This document shows, one piece after another, positions 1 through 11,900 of a DNA stretch of 64,000 nucleotides. Source of the stretch: Podarcis melisellensis (taxonomy: Eukaryota); NCBI GenBank assembly GCA_964234715.1, contig OZ174281.1; one strand, 5' to 3'. The notes under the pieces are model-generated. The model searched no databases. It worked only from the letters and a program-made list of their open reading frames with translations, and had not been told where the DNA came from. Position 1 is the first letter of the stretch, and the number at the start of each line of letters is the position of its first letter. The position numbers and the translations under genes were made by a program.

Positions 1-200
1 AGATATAATAATTTTGAAGGGGCTGAACCACACTTTTAATCTGTGATTTAATTCATCTTCATATAACCAGTCCAACCTACGTTTCATCTGAATACCTTGA
101 GAAATATATAATGTGCATACTATTCAGATAACTGCATTCTTCTTATGACAGTAGTGTGTTGCTCCTTTATGTGAAGCCACTTAACCTCCATATTCCTGCT

Positions 201-1110
201 TAGGGGTAGGGGAGAAATTTGATTAATTCTCATTTAAAGCCAAATTGATTAAATTCGCACTTTCCATAACAATACAAGAACTGAAACATAGCCATCCTTT
301 CAGATTTAAACTTATCCAAAATTTGCTGTAACCAAACAATGGTTACAAAAATGAGACAATATGCATAAAAATGAATGTATAAATGAAAAATAACACAAAA
401 CATGCATTATATTGGAATAAACTACTTGCAGAAAGGTGTATATGAAGTCAAAAGTGTATACCGAATCCTGTTGGTTAGGAGAAATTTGCACTCAGTAGCG
501 GGATAATTTGATGAGGGTTTTTAAAAAGAAAATTCACAAATTGCCGCAGATATATGGAGAACTGTGTATAAGTGTTATGAGTTTGGGGCGCAGGGAGAGT
601 AGGTTGTAAGCCGAGATTCTTCTAATGCCTGAGCCCTGCTTTGAATTCCTGGATCCAACACAGATTCAATTGCTGGACTAGCCAGGCCAGCTTGGTAATG
701 GCCCACTAAGTATGAGTTGATAAGGGAACAAAGGGAAAATGGGTGGGTCTCCCTCCCACAATACCTGTTAGTTAGAAAGACAAAAGACCAGAAAGTGTGT
801 GTGTGTGTGTGTGTGTGTGTGTTGATGTTTGATTTCTGTTTGAATCCAAGGCTGCAGCTATGGGGGGAAACAAGACCCTTTGGGGGTGTTAATGTGAGCC
901 CCTTCATTGTAGGCTCAGGTTGTATACCTGTAAATAAACCATATATTCTGAAGACACTGTAGTCTCCACTGTGTCTCATTTCCAAAGGAAGCACAAACCC
1001 TGGTTAATCGCTTGGAACCCCTGGGATCATGCGCTGCTCGTAGATGGTGTGCAACAATAGGAAAAATGAGAAATTGAGAGAAGTGAAATGGACAGATCCT
1101 TCCATCCCTG
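201..1110. mobile_element. Squamate hAT-type MITE (~430 bp), split by a nested LTR at 573-1056
   Basis: Ends tagggg(201)...catccctg(1110); flanking 8-mers ttcctgct (193-200) and ttcctgac (1111-1118) match 6/8. Segments 201-572 and 1057-1110 join to match the reverse complement of the copies at 36470-36896 and 61471-61895. Confidence 0.75.
573..1056 (+). mobile_element. Solo LTR (484 bp)
   Basis: Starts TGTT, ends AACA; AATAAA near 933; flanks ataag/atagg (4/5); interrupts a recognisable MITE; contains (GT)n at 795-822. Confidence 0.7.
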
Positions 1111-2373
1111 TTCCTGACAGAGCCAGATGTGGAAGGAGAAAAGGAGACAGATCCAGAGAGTATGCAGACATTTATTAGCTGTGCTTCCTGCATTGAAAGG
1201 AAGTTGGACTTGATGACCCTTCTAACCATACAATTCTGTGATTCTGTCACATAGTGAGGAGGATCACAACATGGAAAAATATCCTCTTTTGAAGAGAGTT
1301 CAAGGAAGAACTGGGAATCACACCAGTGCTCTATGTATCTCTATCTGCATTCGCAAATGCACTTTTTTCTTGTGAACAATACGTAAGTGAAGGAGTTGAC
1401 TGTAAATGTACACAATTGGAAATCACATGCTCAATTTCATGTGTATGTATGTATGCATGCATTTCTGATATATTTAACCTGCTGCTGGGTACTGGCTGGC
1501 TGGCACTGAACTGTGACAGGGCCTTCTCAGTGGTGGTTACCTTTTTGTCTCCCTCATTAGTAACATTCAGGAGGAATTTAAGAACTTTCTTGTATACCCA
1601 AGCATTTGATGGCTGAGAAATACTGTTCCTGGAAACCTTGAAATTATTACCTGTGAGAGTATGTAATTGTTTTACATGCTTCCAAACGTTTCAATTTTAT
1701 TTATTTATTTTGAATGGTATTATTTAATCACTGAAGCGTTTGCTTCACAGGGCTGCTTTTGGAGGAAGGATCAGATATAAACACACTTAATACTAACAGT
1801 ATCTTATCGTATTTGTGGGGCACTTAAATTCACCTCTTTTCCATTGCTCAGTGTGACAGCTGAATAAGAAAGGATTGGTAGGAAACCCAGCAATGCACAA
1901 GCAGTTAAGACGCAAATGGTGTCTGATGCAAGAGATGTTATCTTTTGACACAAGAGGTGATCTCATACAGGCATCAGGTCAGAACCACCAAGTTCTATTC
2001 AAAATGGATGCACCTCCAACCCTAGTCTTCACTGTGAAGAGAGAAGTGGCTAATTATAGGCGTACATTATATATACCACTTGACTGGCGGAGTAGAATCA
2101 TAGCTATAGCCTCCTGGCACCAGCATCCTTGCCACTTACTGGGAGGTGGACAGGAGAGGCGACAGTGAGGTTGGGGCCATGCTGGTGCATCAGTAAGAGT
2201 GCCCAATTTGCTCTCCAACTTCTTCACCTCCTCTCTTCTCTTCCCAAAACACAAGTCGCAACAGTGGCAGGAGGCTTTGCCCCACTGGGCAAGCTGTTAC
2301 TGCACGATGTGTGGTTTTTGTGAAAACATGTTTTTGTGAAGCCAGGACGATCACAGGTCTTGTGGAAGCAGTA

Positions 2374-2588
2374 CAGTGGTACCTCAGGTTAAGAACTTAA
2401 TTCGTTCTGGAGGTCCATTCTTAACCTGAAACTGTTCTTAACCCGAGGTACCACTTTAGCTAATGGGGTCTCCCGCTGCCGCCATGCAATTTCTGTTCTC
2501 ATCCTGAAGAAAAGTTCTTAACCCGAGGTACTTTTTCTGGGTTAGTGGAGTCTGTAACCTGAAGCGTCTGTAATGTGAGGTCCCACTC
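2374..2588. mobile_element. Tc1/mariner (Tigger/pogo-like) MITE
   Basis: TA|CAGTGGTACCTC ... GAGGTCCCACTC|TA; internal repeats ttcttaacc(t/c)ga; two more copies in the window. Confidence 0.85.
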
Positions 2589-3868
2589 TATAAAGAAGAG
2601 AAATTTGTCTCTGGAATTGGATATGTATCATGTTCTTTGCATGTATGCCCTCATGGAAATGAATCCAAAAGCATTTCTTAGGGAGAAAAAGTTGATGCTG
2701 GAAAAGAATTTCACTTTGGCTCCCTTTTCACTGAAGCTTTGAGCTAGGAGATTAGGTTCTGAGTGATCTTGGACAAATTGACTCTTCTTTAAACTATGGT
2801 CCACAACACAGGTTCTACTATGGTGATGCAGGTAATTTTAAAGCCTGGACTTAACAGCCTGGGGAGGTCTTTAGTGGATGTCTTTAGATGGTAATGAATA
2901 TTAAGTCATTTACTTAATATATTAATATGTGTCTCCCTGTTGTGTTCTGGGAATCCACCTTCTCATTTTTGCTGAGTGGGAAAAGAATGATGAGACTTGT
3001 GAATCCGTTACTGTTAGCAGCTCCTTGCAGTTCACAGCCCCTCTTCCCCCTCGTGCCCACTCACTTCTACCCTAATGAATGATCCCTTCATGTATTTGAG
3101 GGAAAGACTGCACACAGTCTTCCAAAAACAAACGGACCTTGTTGCAATATCACAGCACTAATCTTCTCTTGGGCAGGAGGTGAGAAAGTTGTGATTTCCT
3201 TCCTTCCAGGGTTCTCTCACTGCTGCTTCTGTTGGGTAAGAAGTATAGCCTGAAACCAGGCTAGGCTAGGCTTGGGGAGGATTCCAGTTTCGGAGCAAAC
3301 TTCATCTTGCCCCACTTAGATCCTTGCACCAACTGGAATGTAGATCTGGGGATTGAGCCACACAACCAGGGAAATGAAGAACACTTGGATCTGCACTGTG
3401 CCAGAGTGCCTCTTCCTTCCTTTAACATTTTTAGTTGCTTAGAGAAGTTGTACGGCTGTGTGTTTTTGTTTAACTGTTTTAAAATGCTGGTAACCATACA
3501 GGGTACTGCATCTCTTATGATCAAACGAGCAGTGGTCTCCTTGTCCCAGGACCTCTTTTTCTTGAGGAGATTGCTATGGCTGTCTCTCTTGGGAGGGAGG
3601 TTCCGTGAAATTATATTCGTCTCTACTTGTAATAATACAACCACTGACTTTATAGAAGAAGGATCTTAAGGATCTTATGGTATTCTATTCGCTGGATAAT
3701 ATCTAGACTCGCAGAAACCTTTGAATTAAAGTACAACAAGAGCTTCAGTTCTATCACTTGTGGACCAAATTAGCCCCATGGATATTCTAGCATACAACTT
3801 GTGTGAATTGACTACTAATGCCAGAATTTCTGTGTTATCAACTATTCTCTCTGAGTTATCAATTTTTC

Positions 3869-3988
3869 TCCCTCCCTCCCTCCCTCCCTCCCTCCCTCCC
3901 TCTGTCTCCTTCTCTTTCTCTTTCTCTCTTTTTGTGTGTGAATGACCACTTTTAATAGGTAATCATCATCATCATCATCATCATCATC
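3869..3988. repeat. (CCCT)n and (ATC)n microsatellites
   Basis: Directly visible tandem runs at about 3869-3901 and 3962-3988. Confidence 0.9.
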
Positions 3989-4076
3989 AGTACTTTTCAG
4001 TGTTTCATATCTGCCTAACCTGTTTACAATGCCTCCCATCCCTAGTCCTGTATACCTGTACCTGTAACTCAGGATA

Positions 4077-4165
4077 ACACTACATGCATCTGAGGTAGTC
4101 CGCGAAAGTTTATGCCATAATAAATTTGTTAGTCTTTAAGGTGTCACAAGACTCTTTGTTGTTTT
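4077..4165 (+). mobile_element. Penelope-like element terminus with degenerate hammerhead motif
   Basis: gcatCTGAGG...cGAAAgtttatgc followed by ataataaatttgttagtctttaaggtgtcacaagactc, paralleling the 3' end of the 13380-13928 element (ttagttggtctttaagatgctac). Confidence 0.65.
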
Positions 4166-4974
4166 TATTTGCTGAATTGTATTTGTAAAATAGTGTGCTA
4201 CCAAAATGGATTGTAAAGGAAGAAGATGTCATGATATTTCCAAAGTTAAAGCTATACACCAAAACTTCAAGGCCTTAGGAATAAATCCTTCAGATTGACC
4301 CCTCTGGAGGTTGTACGGTACTATGGCCTCAGTCTACCAAAGGATAATTGACAGGATTACGACAGATTGCCTTATAAACACCATTCTTTCCTGGGGGAGG
4401 ACAAGAAAAATGTGCTGCTTCAGAGATATGGGAGTCTGATAAGAGTTATCATGATTAAGAAGGCCAGGAGCCTGGGGATCTTTATAAACTTAGTTATTCT
4501 CAGGGATGGGAAGTGACAGGCCTGAAGTAAATTGGGAGGTGAAACTTGTTTACAGCTACTTGCTGCCTAACATGCTATTCAGTCGGAAATAAAGACACTG
4601 TAGATTTTTATAGGAAGGAAAGGCCAGGGAAAGGTGACAAACATCTCGAATGTTCTGAGGTCTTCACCTTGCTATCCCCATACATCTCCCTTCTAAAAAT
4701 ATGTGGCAGATGAGCCATCAACTACCTGTCAACCCTCGCAAAATAGTGTATTCACAAAAGCACAGCATTTCCTGCTTTAGTTTTGATCGACTGACTTGAG
4801 CATATTGTCCCTATTTCCTCATCATGTCCCATTTAAAAAGTCTTATGGAGACTCTGTATTTCCATCCAGAGAGGGCCCAGAATATTCTGAATCCTACGTA
4901 AGGCTGCAATCTCAACCTGGCTGTGGAGTGAGAGCCAGAAGGAAAAGTAGGGGGCAGGCAAATCACTTTGCCTG

Positions 4975-5436
4975 ATAATAATAATATATTTATACCCCAC
5001 CCATCTGACTGGGTTGTCCCAGCCACTCTGGGCAGCTTCCAGTATATATATAAACACAGTAAAACCTTAAACTTTAAAAAGCTTCCCTATACAGGGCTGT
5101 CTTCAGATGTCTCCTAAAATTATAATTATTCATCTCCTTGACATCTGGCATTCCACAGGGTGGGCACTACTATTGAAAAGGCCCTCTGCCTGGTTCCCTG
5201 TAGCTTCACTTCTCGAGGTGTGGGAATTGCCAAAAGGCCCTCGGCACTGGACCTCAGTGTCTGGGCTGAACAATGGGGGTGGAGACGCTCCTTCAGGTAT
5301 ACTGGGCCGAGGCTGTTTAGGGGCTTTAAAGGTCAACAGCAACACTTGGAATTGTGCTCGGAAATGTACTGGGAGCCAATGTAGGTCTTTCAGGACAGAT
5401 GTTATATGGTCTCAGAGGCTGCTCCCAATCACCAGT
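4975..5436 (-). mobile_element. L2 LINE 3' fragment
   Basis: Minus-strand translation DHITSVLKDLHWLPVHFRAQFQVLLLTFKA contains the L2 C-terminal HITPVL..LHWLP motif; (TTA)-rich tail at 4975. Confidence 0.85.
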
Positions 5437-6105
5437 GGGGTTTGGGGACTCAGTGGATCCTCAGTGGTTCTCCTCTGTCTTCTTCTTTGGATAATTCATT
5501 CCCTCTTTTTTTGGCAATCTGTAACTGGCCCTCTTGTTGGGTGTTGCTCCCACAGGCCAGAAGAGGTGGAGAGCTGATAGCAAACCACTGGATCCTTCTC
5601 CTTCTCCCACAAAGCTCCTCTTCCTCTCTGTGGCCAGTTCTGCCCTCAAGTCTCAGGAAAGGCAAAAAGCAAGTTAGCAGCTCTTGGCTGAGCCAGTTCA
5701 TTAACACATTGACAGGGAAGTCTCTGTTGTTGCTGCTGAATGCTAGCCCCACTAGTGACAGCAAACAGGGCCTGATGAAGTGGGCCAGAAGCTATGCCAC
5801 ACACTGAACACATAAAAGATAATGTTGATGCATCTCAAGACGATATACAAACTCAGCTGAAAACATTTTTTAAACAGAGCAAACATTCACAAGAGAGGTG
5901 TGGGGGGGGGGGGACAATCTCACTAGACAGGCCTCTCCCTCACAGATGCTGCACCTGTTGGCCATGCCTTTAGGGGGGACATGTGACCAGCAGCCATGTC
6001 AGTGGAGAGGAGCATTGTTAGTGTGCAATGCATGAAGAACACTCCTCATGTCTTTCCTTCCTGTGTGAGATTTTCAGCCTCTTAAAGTGACAGCCATACT
6101 TTCTA

Positions 6106-6242
6106 CTGGAGCTTTCAACATGATGCCCTCAAAATGCTGTTGGACTGCAGTTCCCATCATCCCCGACTATTTTCCATGGGAGCTAGAGCTGATGGGACTT
6201 GGAGCCCAAACCATCTGGAGGGCACCAGGTTGGAAGCAGCTG
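6106..6242. mobile_element. Degraded ~136-bp palindromic hAT MITE
   Basis: Similar to the intact copy at 51255-51390 (ccctc..atg..ttggac..ca.ttcccatc ... gatggga...catctggagggc). Confidence 0.7.
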
Positions 6243-6291
6243 TTTAACATACCTGTGTATATAAGACACTATGACCATGTAGGGTTAAGAC

Positions 6292-6596
6292 CAGGGGTCA
6301 CCAACCTACGGCCCGGGGCCCAGATAAGGAACTTGTTTATCCGGCCTGCGGCGATCCCTGCCACCACCTGCTGCTGCCCGCTCTTACCGGCGCGGCGCAG
6401 CGTGGGGACCCACTTCTGGGTCGGAGGAGCACTGGAAATAGCTTGTGCGCATGTGCACGGGCCTCCTCCGACCTGGAAATCCTCCGGAAATAGTGTGTGC
6501 GCACGTGTATGGGTACGCGCTTCCCCGCCCTCCGGCTCGTCGTGTGATCATCACACGAGACACCGGCCCGAGGCAAGGAAAGCTTGGAGACCCCTG
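6292..6596. mobile_element. Young hAT-Charlie-type MITE (305 bp)
   Basis: TIRs caggggtcaccaa / ttggagacccctg; perfect 8-bp TSD gttaagac (6284-6291, 6597-6604); CpG-rich. Confidence 0.9.
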
Positions 6597-6699
6597 GTTA
6601 AGACTCAAGGCAAACACTCTTGTGAGTCCTACATCATGGAGGACAAGTGTTGGGAAGCATCGCTTTTCCTGTGATAGCATTTTTATGTATTTACATTCT

Positions 6700-6883
6700 C
6701 TTTATTACATTAACATACCCTCATTTCTCTAAAGGACTCAAGGTGGTGTACATGGTTCTCCCCACTCCCCATTTCATCCTTAAGAGAACCCTGTGAGGTA
6801 GGCTAGGCTGAGTGGTAGTGAGTGGACCGAAGTCACCCAGAGACCTGGTCTCCCAGGTCCTAGTCCAACACTTTAGGCACCAT
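6700..6883 (-). mobile_element. tRNA-derived CORE-SINE (MIR/Ther1-derived, Squam3-like), internally deleted
   Basis: Reverse complement matches the 8778-8985 and 23975-24190 copies (ccctgtgaggtagg, cctggtctcccaggtcctagtccaac). Confidence 0.75.
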
Positions 6884-8040
6884 GACTAAGAGAAGACTTA
6901 TGAGGATTGATCGCTTCCTGTTACCTATTTGACTGTAGCCAGAAGGGCTTCCACAATGGGTCCAAGAGACTTCTTTTTCTTACTTTGTTCAGTGGGACTT
7001 TTCTTATGGCCAGTGCTTCTATAGACAAGCCATTGAATTGCTCTTGCGACGGAAATGCTTATTGGGGCACAATTTCGTCCTTTTCAAGTCAGGGATTCTA
7101 CCCTTCTCCAAACCCTTGAAATGCCTGCAGCAGGTAATTAATTAGTTAAATAATTCTGCAAAAATGCTACATCTTTCTCCTCCTCTGTATGTTTTGTTTG
7201 TTACTCCCTGTGGACATCATCAGGAGACAAGCACTAATATATCATGAAATAAAAATAGTAATAGTAATCTCTCTGCTGCCCCAGAATTGCTGATTGCTTG
7301 GTAGTGGGTGATGTCACACCTTCCAGTGTTGGTCTCAGCATTGTTGGTTTGTTCTTTTCTCTTTGTTTGCGTTAAGAGAAATGATTCCTGGGCAGTCCTT
7401 CTCTAGATGCTTCTTTAATCGTGTGACTCATTTTGGACTGTGGTCAACCAGAGATGATGAGTTGGAGAATTAGTCACAAGTTAAAAACAGGCATAAGAAA
7501 TCATATGTGCTTGACTGTACAACAAAGCTACTCCAGGGATGAAACATTCATTATGAGTAAGTGCTGATCAGTCTGGTCCCTGAAATGTTCCATGTTGTAG
7601 AGAATCTTGTACTTCACCTAATACAAGAGCAGGGATGGTCCTACCATGAGGCGGCATGTGACAGCTGCCTTGAGCAGCAAAGGTGGAGGGGCAGGAAATA
7701 GACTGAGCTGTGAACATATGGAGAGTCCTGCTACATCAGAGCGAAAGCCCTAGTCTAGAATCCCGCCTTCAGAGTGGCACACCAAATGAATATGGGAAGT
7801 CCATTCAGGCAAGGCAGATGTATCTTCACAGTTCAGTGAGACATGTCAACCATGTAAAATCACTAGTGGAAGGTGCAGGGCAGGGTCAGTGAAGGGGTTA
7901 CGGCCTAGGAGGGTGCAGACATTACTGTCCCTGGATGTGATAAGAAAGGAGGACTAGAGCACATTTCAAATGCATTCTTGAGGTGAACTGCCCATTAAAA
8001 CATTCACGTAGTGGGTAAGGTACTGAGATTTAATATCAAT

Positions 8041-8152
8041 GAGCTGTAGAGTTCAAAGGGACCGTGAGAATCATGTAGACCAACCCCCCTCAATACAGGA
8101 ATATTTAGCCCAATGTGGAGCTTAAACTGACTGAGTTATGCCAGCTGGGATA
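8041..8152 (-). mobile_element. Degraded tRNA-Lys-headed SINE with CR1-like tail
   Basis: gcccaatgtggagctt...gactgagtta resembles reverse-complemented tRNA-Lys(CTT), preceded by a CR1-like tail (gtagagtt..aagggacc..tcatgtagaccaacccc); similar copy at 58986-59110. Confidence 0.55.
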
Positions 8153-8777
8153 CTTCTGTACTATCAAAGACACCATCTAGGAGAGAAGACTGAAAACAGG
8201 ACAGCTCTACCTCTGTTGTTCAGAACTCGGGGCATGATGCTTCATAATAGTGGTCAGTGCTCCACAGCAGATAAATCTAGGACATGCCCCAAGTAAGTCG
8301 TTTTAGTAATTCACAGCAAAGGCACAGGTAGAATGCAGCATTGGGTTGTGGGGCTTCCCAGCCAGCCTTCATTTCAGCAATGGAAGCTTTACAATGGCTA
8401 CCAGGTGGTGACCCTTTTAGGCTTGTCCAATTAATGTGTGGTTGCTGACATGTGGGCCCTTTTGGACCTGGAAGAAGGCAGAACAGGGGCAGAATGGAAG
8501 GGGGGACAGGGCAGGGTGTAGCAGGGCAGAACACGCTTATACACACATTGTTGACACGCACAGGGACTGGGAACGGATCTCCCCGTTTAGAATAGTCAGC
8601 ACTGGTGTGTAAAACTGTGAAGTGAACAAGCTACAATTGTGTGGGACTTTTATCTTTTCACAGATTTTTTTTAAAACCCCAGGTTGGAGGAGAGGGGCTG
8701 GGAATTGCCAGCGAAGGCAGTGATGTGTTCAGAATGAGTGTTGCATTTACATGTGTTTAAGTATGTGCATGCATGTA

Positions 8778-8985
8778 CCAGTGTTGTGTTGTGGTTACAG
8801 TGTCAGACTAGAACCTGGGAGACAAGGGTTCAAATCCCAGTTCACTGGGTAACCTTGGGCCTCTCAATCTAAGCTTCCTCACATGGTCATTGTGGAGGTA
8901 AAATGAGGAGAGGAAGAACCGTCTATACCACCTTCAGCTCCTTGGAGAAAAAGGTGGGATATAAATGCAATAAACAAATAAATAA
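8778..8985 (+). mobile_element. tRNA-derived CORE-SINE (Squam3-like)
   Basis: A-box-like gtgttgtggtta, B-box ggttcaaatccc, CORE-like middle, (AAAT)-type tail. Confidence 0.8.
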
Positions 8986-11900
8986 TGTGCATTGACTTTA
9001 TTTTATTCCCACCTCCCTTTTCTGGAAATGCTGGTGTTTGAGGTCATTCTGCCCTAGTGTCCAAATTTATCACATATCATTGCCTCTTGTGTTAACACAA
9101 ACATGCTTTAGAATGGAACTTTCCTATTACCTATTTCTATTACAGAATCATTTCATCTGTAATAATTTTCCATCAGAGGCTGAAGAGGACTTGGCTGCTG
9201 CTATACCTGCTACTCATACCAGGCGTGATCGAGAGAGATACCATTTTTCTTTTGTGTTTGAAACCAACAGGAGGAGGGAAAGGGTCCATAAATACAGCCG
9301 ATCAGGAGTATTTTATATTTTATAGCTGCGTCGGGCAAGCCCACCTGTAACAGAATAAGAGAACGCACAGGGAACAAAGATTTAGGAAAAATCTGGGCAG
9401 AATCCATCCTTCATGTTGAATGGTGCCTGTATCTAGTATACAGCAGTACAGTGCTGCAGGCTTTCAAAGACATTATTCAAGGGTTAAATGTCACTCAAAT
9501 CACCCTCATTATGAACTGACGGGAGGGGGGCAGGGAGAGGAAACACTGCTTCCTTATGCATTTCAAATTGAGCTGCTCTGGCCCGAAGATGACCTGCCAC
9601 ACAATTTTTAAATTATCTCCATGCGCGCTCTGCTTGTTTTGGAAATGCTCTAAATAAAAATAATGGACTGTCTTTTAATAAGTCTCATTGTGAAGATTCC
9701 ACATATCAAACAATGCAGTGCAGCTCGGAGGCAGGCAACGGGCATGTGTGATCTAGCTGGAAGAGAGACAAATGGTGATGGGAGCAACTCCATCTAGGGA
9801 CTGCTGACAAGAAAATGGCATTTGCAAACTGACACATCTGTCAGGGTGGAGAATATTGGCACCTGTCACGCAATTTCAGTCATGACTTTTAATAAAGCTG
9901 CTTTCCCTTAGGTAAAATTGGAACTTGACTGTAATATTAGCTGCAAGCACATCTTGTTTTCCCCTTCAGAGATCTTTTGTACGTGAGGTGTTTCAAATGA
10001 ATCTTAAAGCTGAAGTAATAATGTTTACTACTTCTTTCCTCCTCCTCCCTTTCGAAGCCAGGCTTTGAAAGAGACGTTATGTTTGACAGGGTGGTTCCTC
10101 GCTACTCCCCCCCAAAAAAAATTTATTCCCTTCATCTACTAAGGCCAGATTTTGAAAGTGTGTGTTGCTTTACCACCCATCACTCTTTCTCTTCTCTTTT
10201 CTCCCTCCCCAGTCTTACCCCTTCCTTTTCAGCTGGGCTGTTGTTTGAGTGGATTTAGCCTGGGGAAGTATGTATATCATAAAAACTGGGTTGGGATTTG
10301 TTGGCTGTCAGTCAATAAATCAGTCAGAGTTTAATTACCAGGCATGTGATGGGAAGCGGTGACAGGCAGCGGCTCAGTTGAACAGTATTTCTCATGGGAC
10401 AGCCACTGCCCAAAACGAACCGTGTGTGTGTGTGTGTGTGTGTGTGTAAAGGTACTGAGTGGAGAAATCATCAAGGAGAAGGAAAGCTGGTATCGTAATG
10501 GGGGAGGGCAGTGTGGGGCCTTAAAACAGACTTCAAATAGTTTGTTGTGATTGACAGAAAAATATATGTCAAGCCTTCCCTTTGTTTTACTTGAAATATC
10601 TCAGTAAGACGTACTTTTGCCCTAAACTGCACTCCTTTGCTTATCCCTTACAAATAGTTCATCCAAGGTATATCTTTGCAAAGGGTTTCTTGGTGTGTGT
10701 GGTAAAGACTGATGAAAAGACAGGACTGAAAAAATGCTGATAGTACCAGAAAATGACTTCATACTTCACAAAGTTGGGGAAAACTTTTGAACAAAACCAG
10801 AAAATAAGACAGCTTTTTCTCCTTACTCCATTTTGCATATGTGCTGATTTTGTGTTTGTGTGGCTGGTATTTCCCCCCCCCCCCCATGCCAAAGTTATAG
10901 CTGACATGGCTGTGTTTTTTGACTTGTGATGAAACATGTCATCTCCTTCCTATCATATGTCATGAAGCATTATACGGAGATACTACAGGATGTTTTGACT
11001 GAAAAGATGCTCTATTTTCCTTTAAACTATTATCCCGTGGTGTGTCTCTCTGTGTGTTTCAGATATCTTTTGTCCACTTTAAGGAATTGTGGGTAACAGA
11101 TAAACGAAGCTCTGACTTGAGGTAGCGCAGCTGTTTCTCAGCTGGCAGAGCATTTGTCTGGAAGTGATGGGAGCTTGAGACATTTAAGGTGGGAGAGGGA
11201 ATTGCTGGGGATTGTGGGTAACAGAATGAGAAGAACCAGTTGCAAAAGGGATTCTCTTTCTGCATGATGGAAAGGCTAATAAGCGGAGCTCTCAGAAAAT
11301 GCTAAATTCCTGAGTGAGGCTGTAAATATAACTCTTTCTATCATTAGTTTCCAGGAAAGTCATGTTGATCGTTTTTAAAAAGGGGGGAGATGGAATAGGA
11401 AATATTGAAATAAATATAAAGGTGTGAGAAATAATATTTTACAGGTTTTGTTCTTTTTTGAATATAATTGAAAAGCTTTTTCTGCCTGCTTGCTAGATTA
11501 TATATATATAAAAAGGCTCACGGTGCCTTTCCCTCCATTCGACTGTACAATGTAGGTGGCCCTTTTCTGTGATTTCCTTGTTTTACAGTAGGGCTGAAGA
11601 ACATAAGTCTTCTCTGGTATGTTGAGATGAAACTTAGCACATGTGTAGCTGGGGCCATTCCTTGGGTGGGGGCATTGTTTGAGCATGCCAGGAAAATACT
11701 TATTTCTTGTATCAAGAAATTTCCTTCCATTGCATTGCACCTTTGCAGGCAGTATCCATACACTGAGGCCAAGAGGAGAAAGAAGTTTGGAAAGTATATG
11801 CTGGATCAAGTATTACCAGAGAAACTTCATAATGGCACAGTGAGCCATAATAGCTTGATTTTCATTTCCCCTTTTCATTCGTCTTATTTTCTGAGCCAAA

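Noticed and set aside
575-994. 139-aa ORF with THTHTH and similar CVCVCV/RERERE ORFs elsewhere
   Set aside because: Translations of dinucleotide microsatellites.
5107-5807. Overlapping 130-156 aa ORFs
   Set aside because: Largely antisense to the L2 fragment, or low-complexity flank.
6087-6674. Longest ORF (195 aa)
   Set aside because: Reads through two MITEs; open because of GC-rich sequence; no domain similarity.
10926-11002. GTGATGA...CTGA C/D snoRNA-like spacing
   Set aside because: Weak terminal stem, no clear C'/D' boxes and no recognisable rRNA or snRNA guide.
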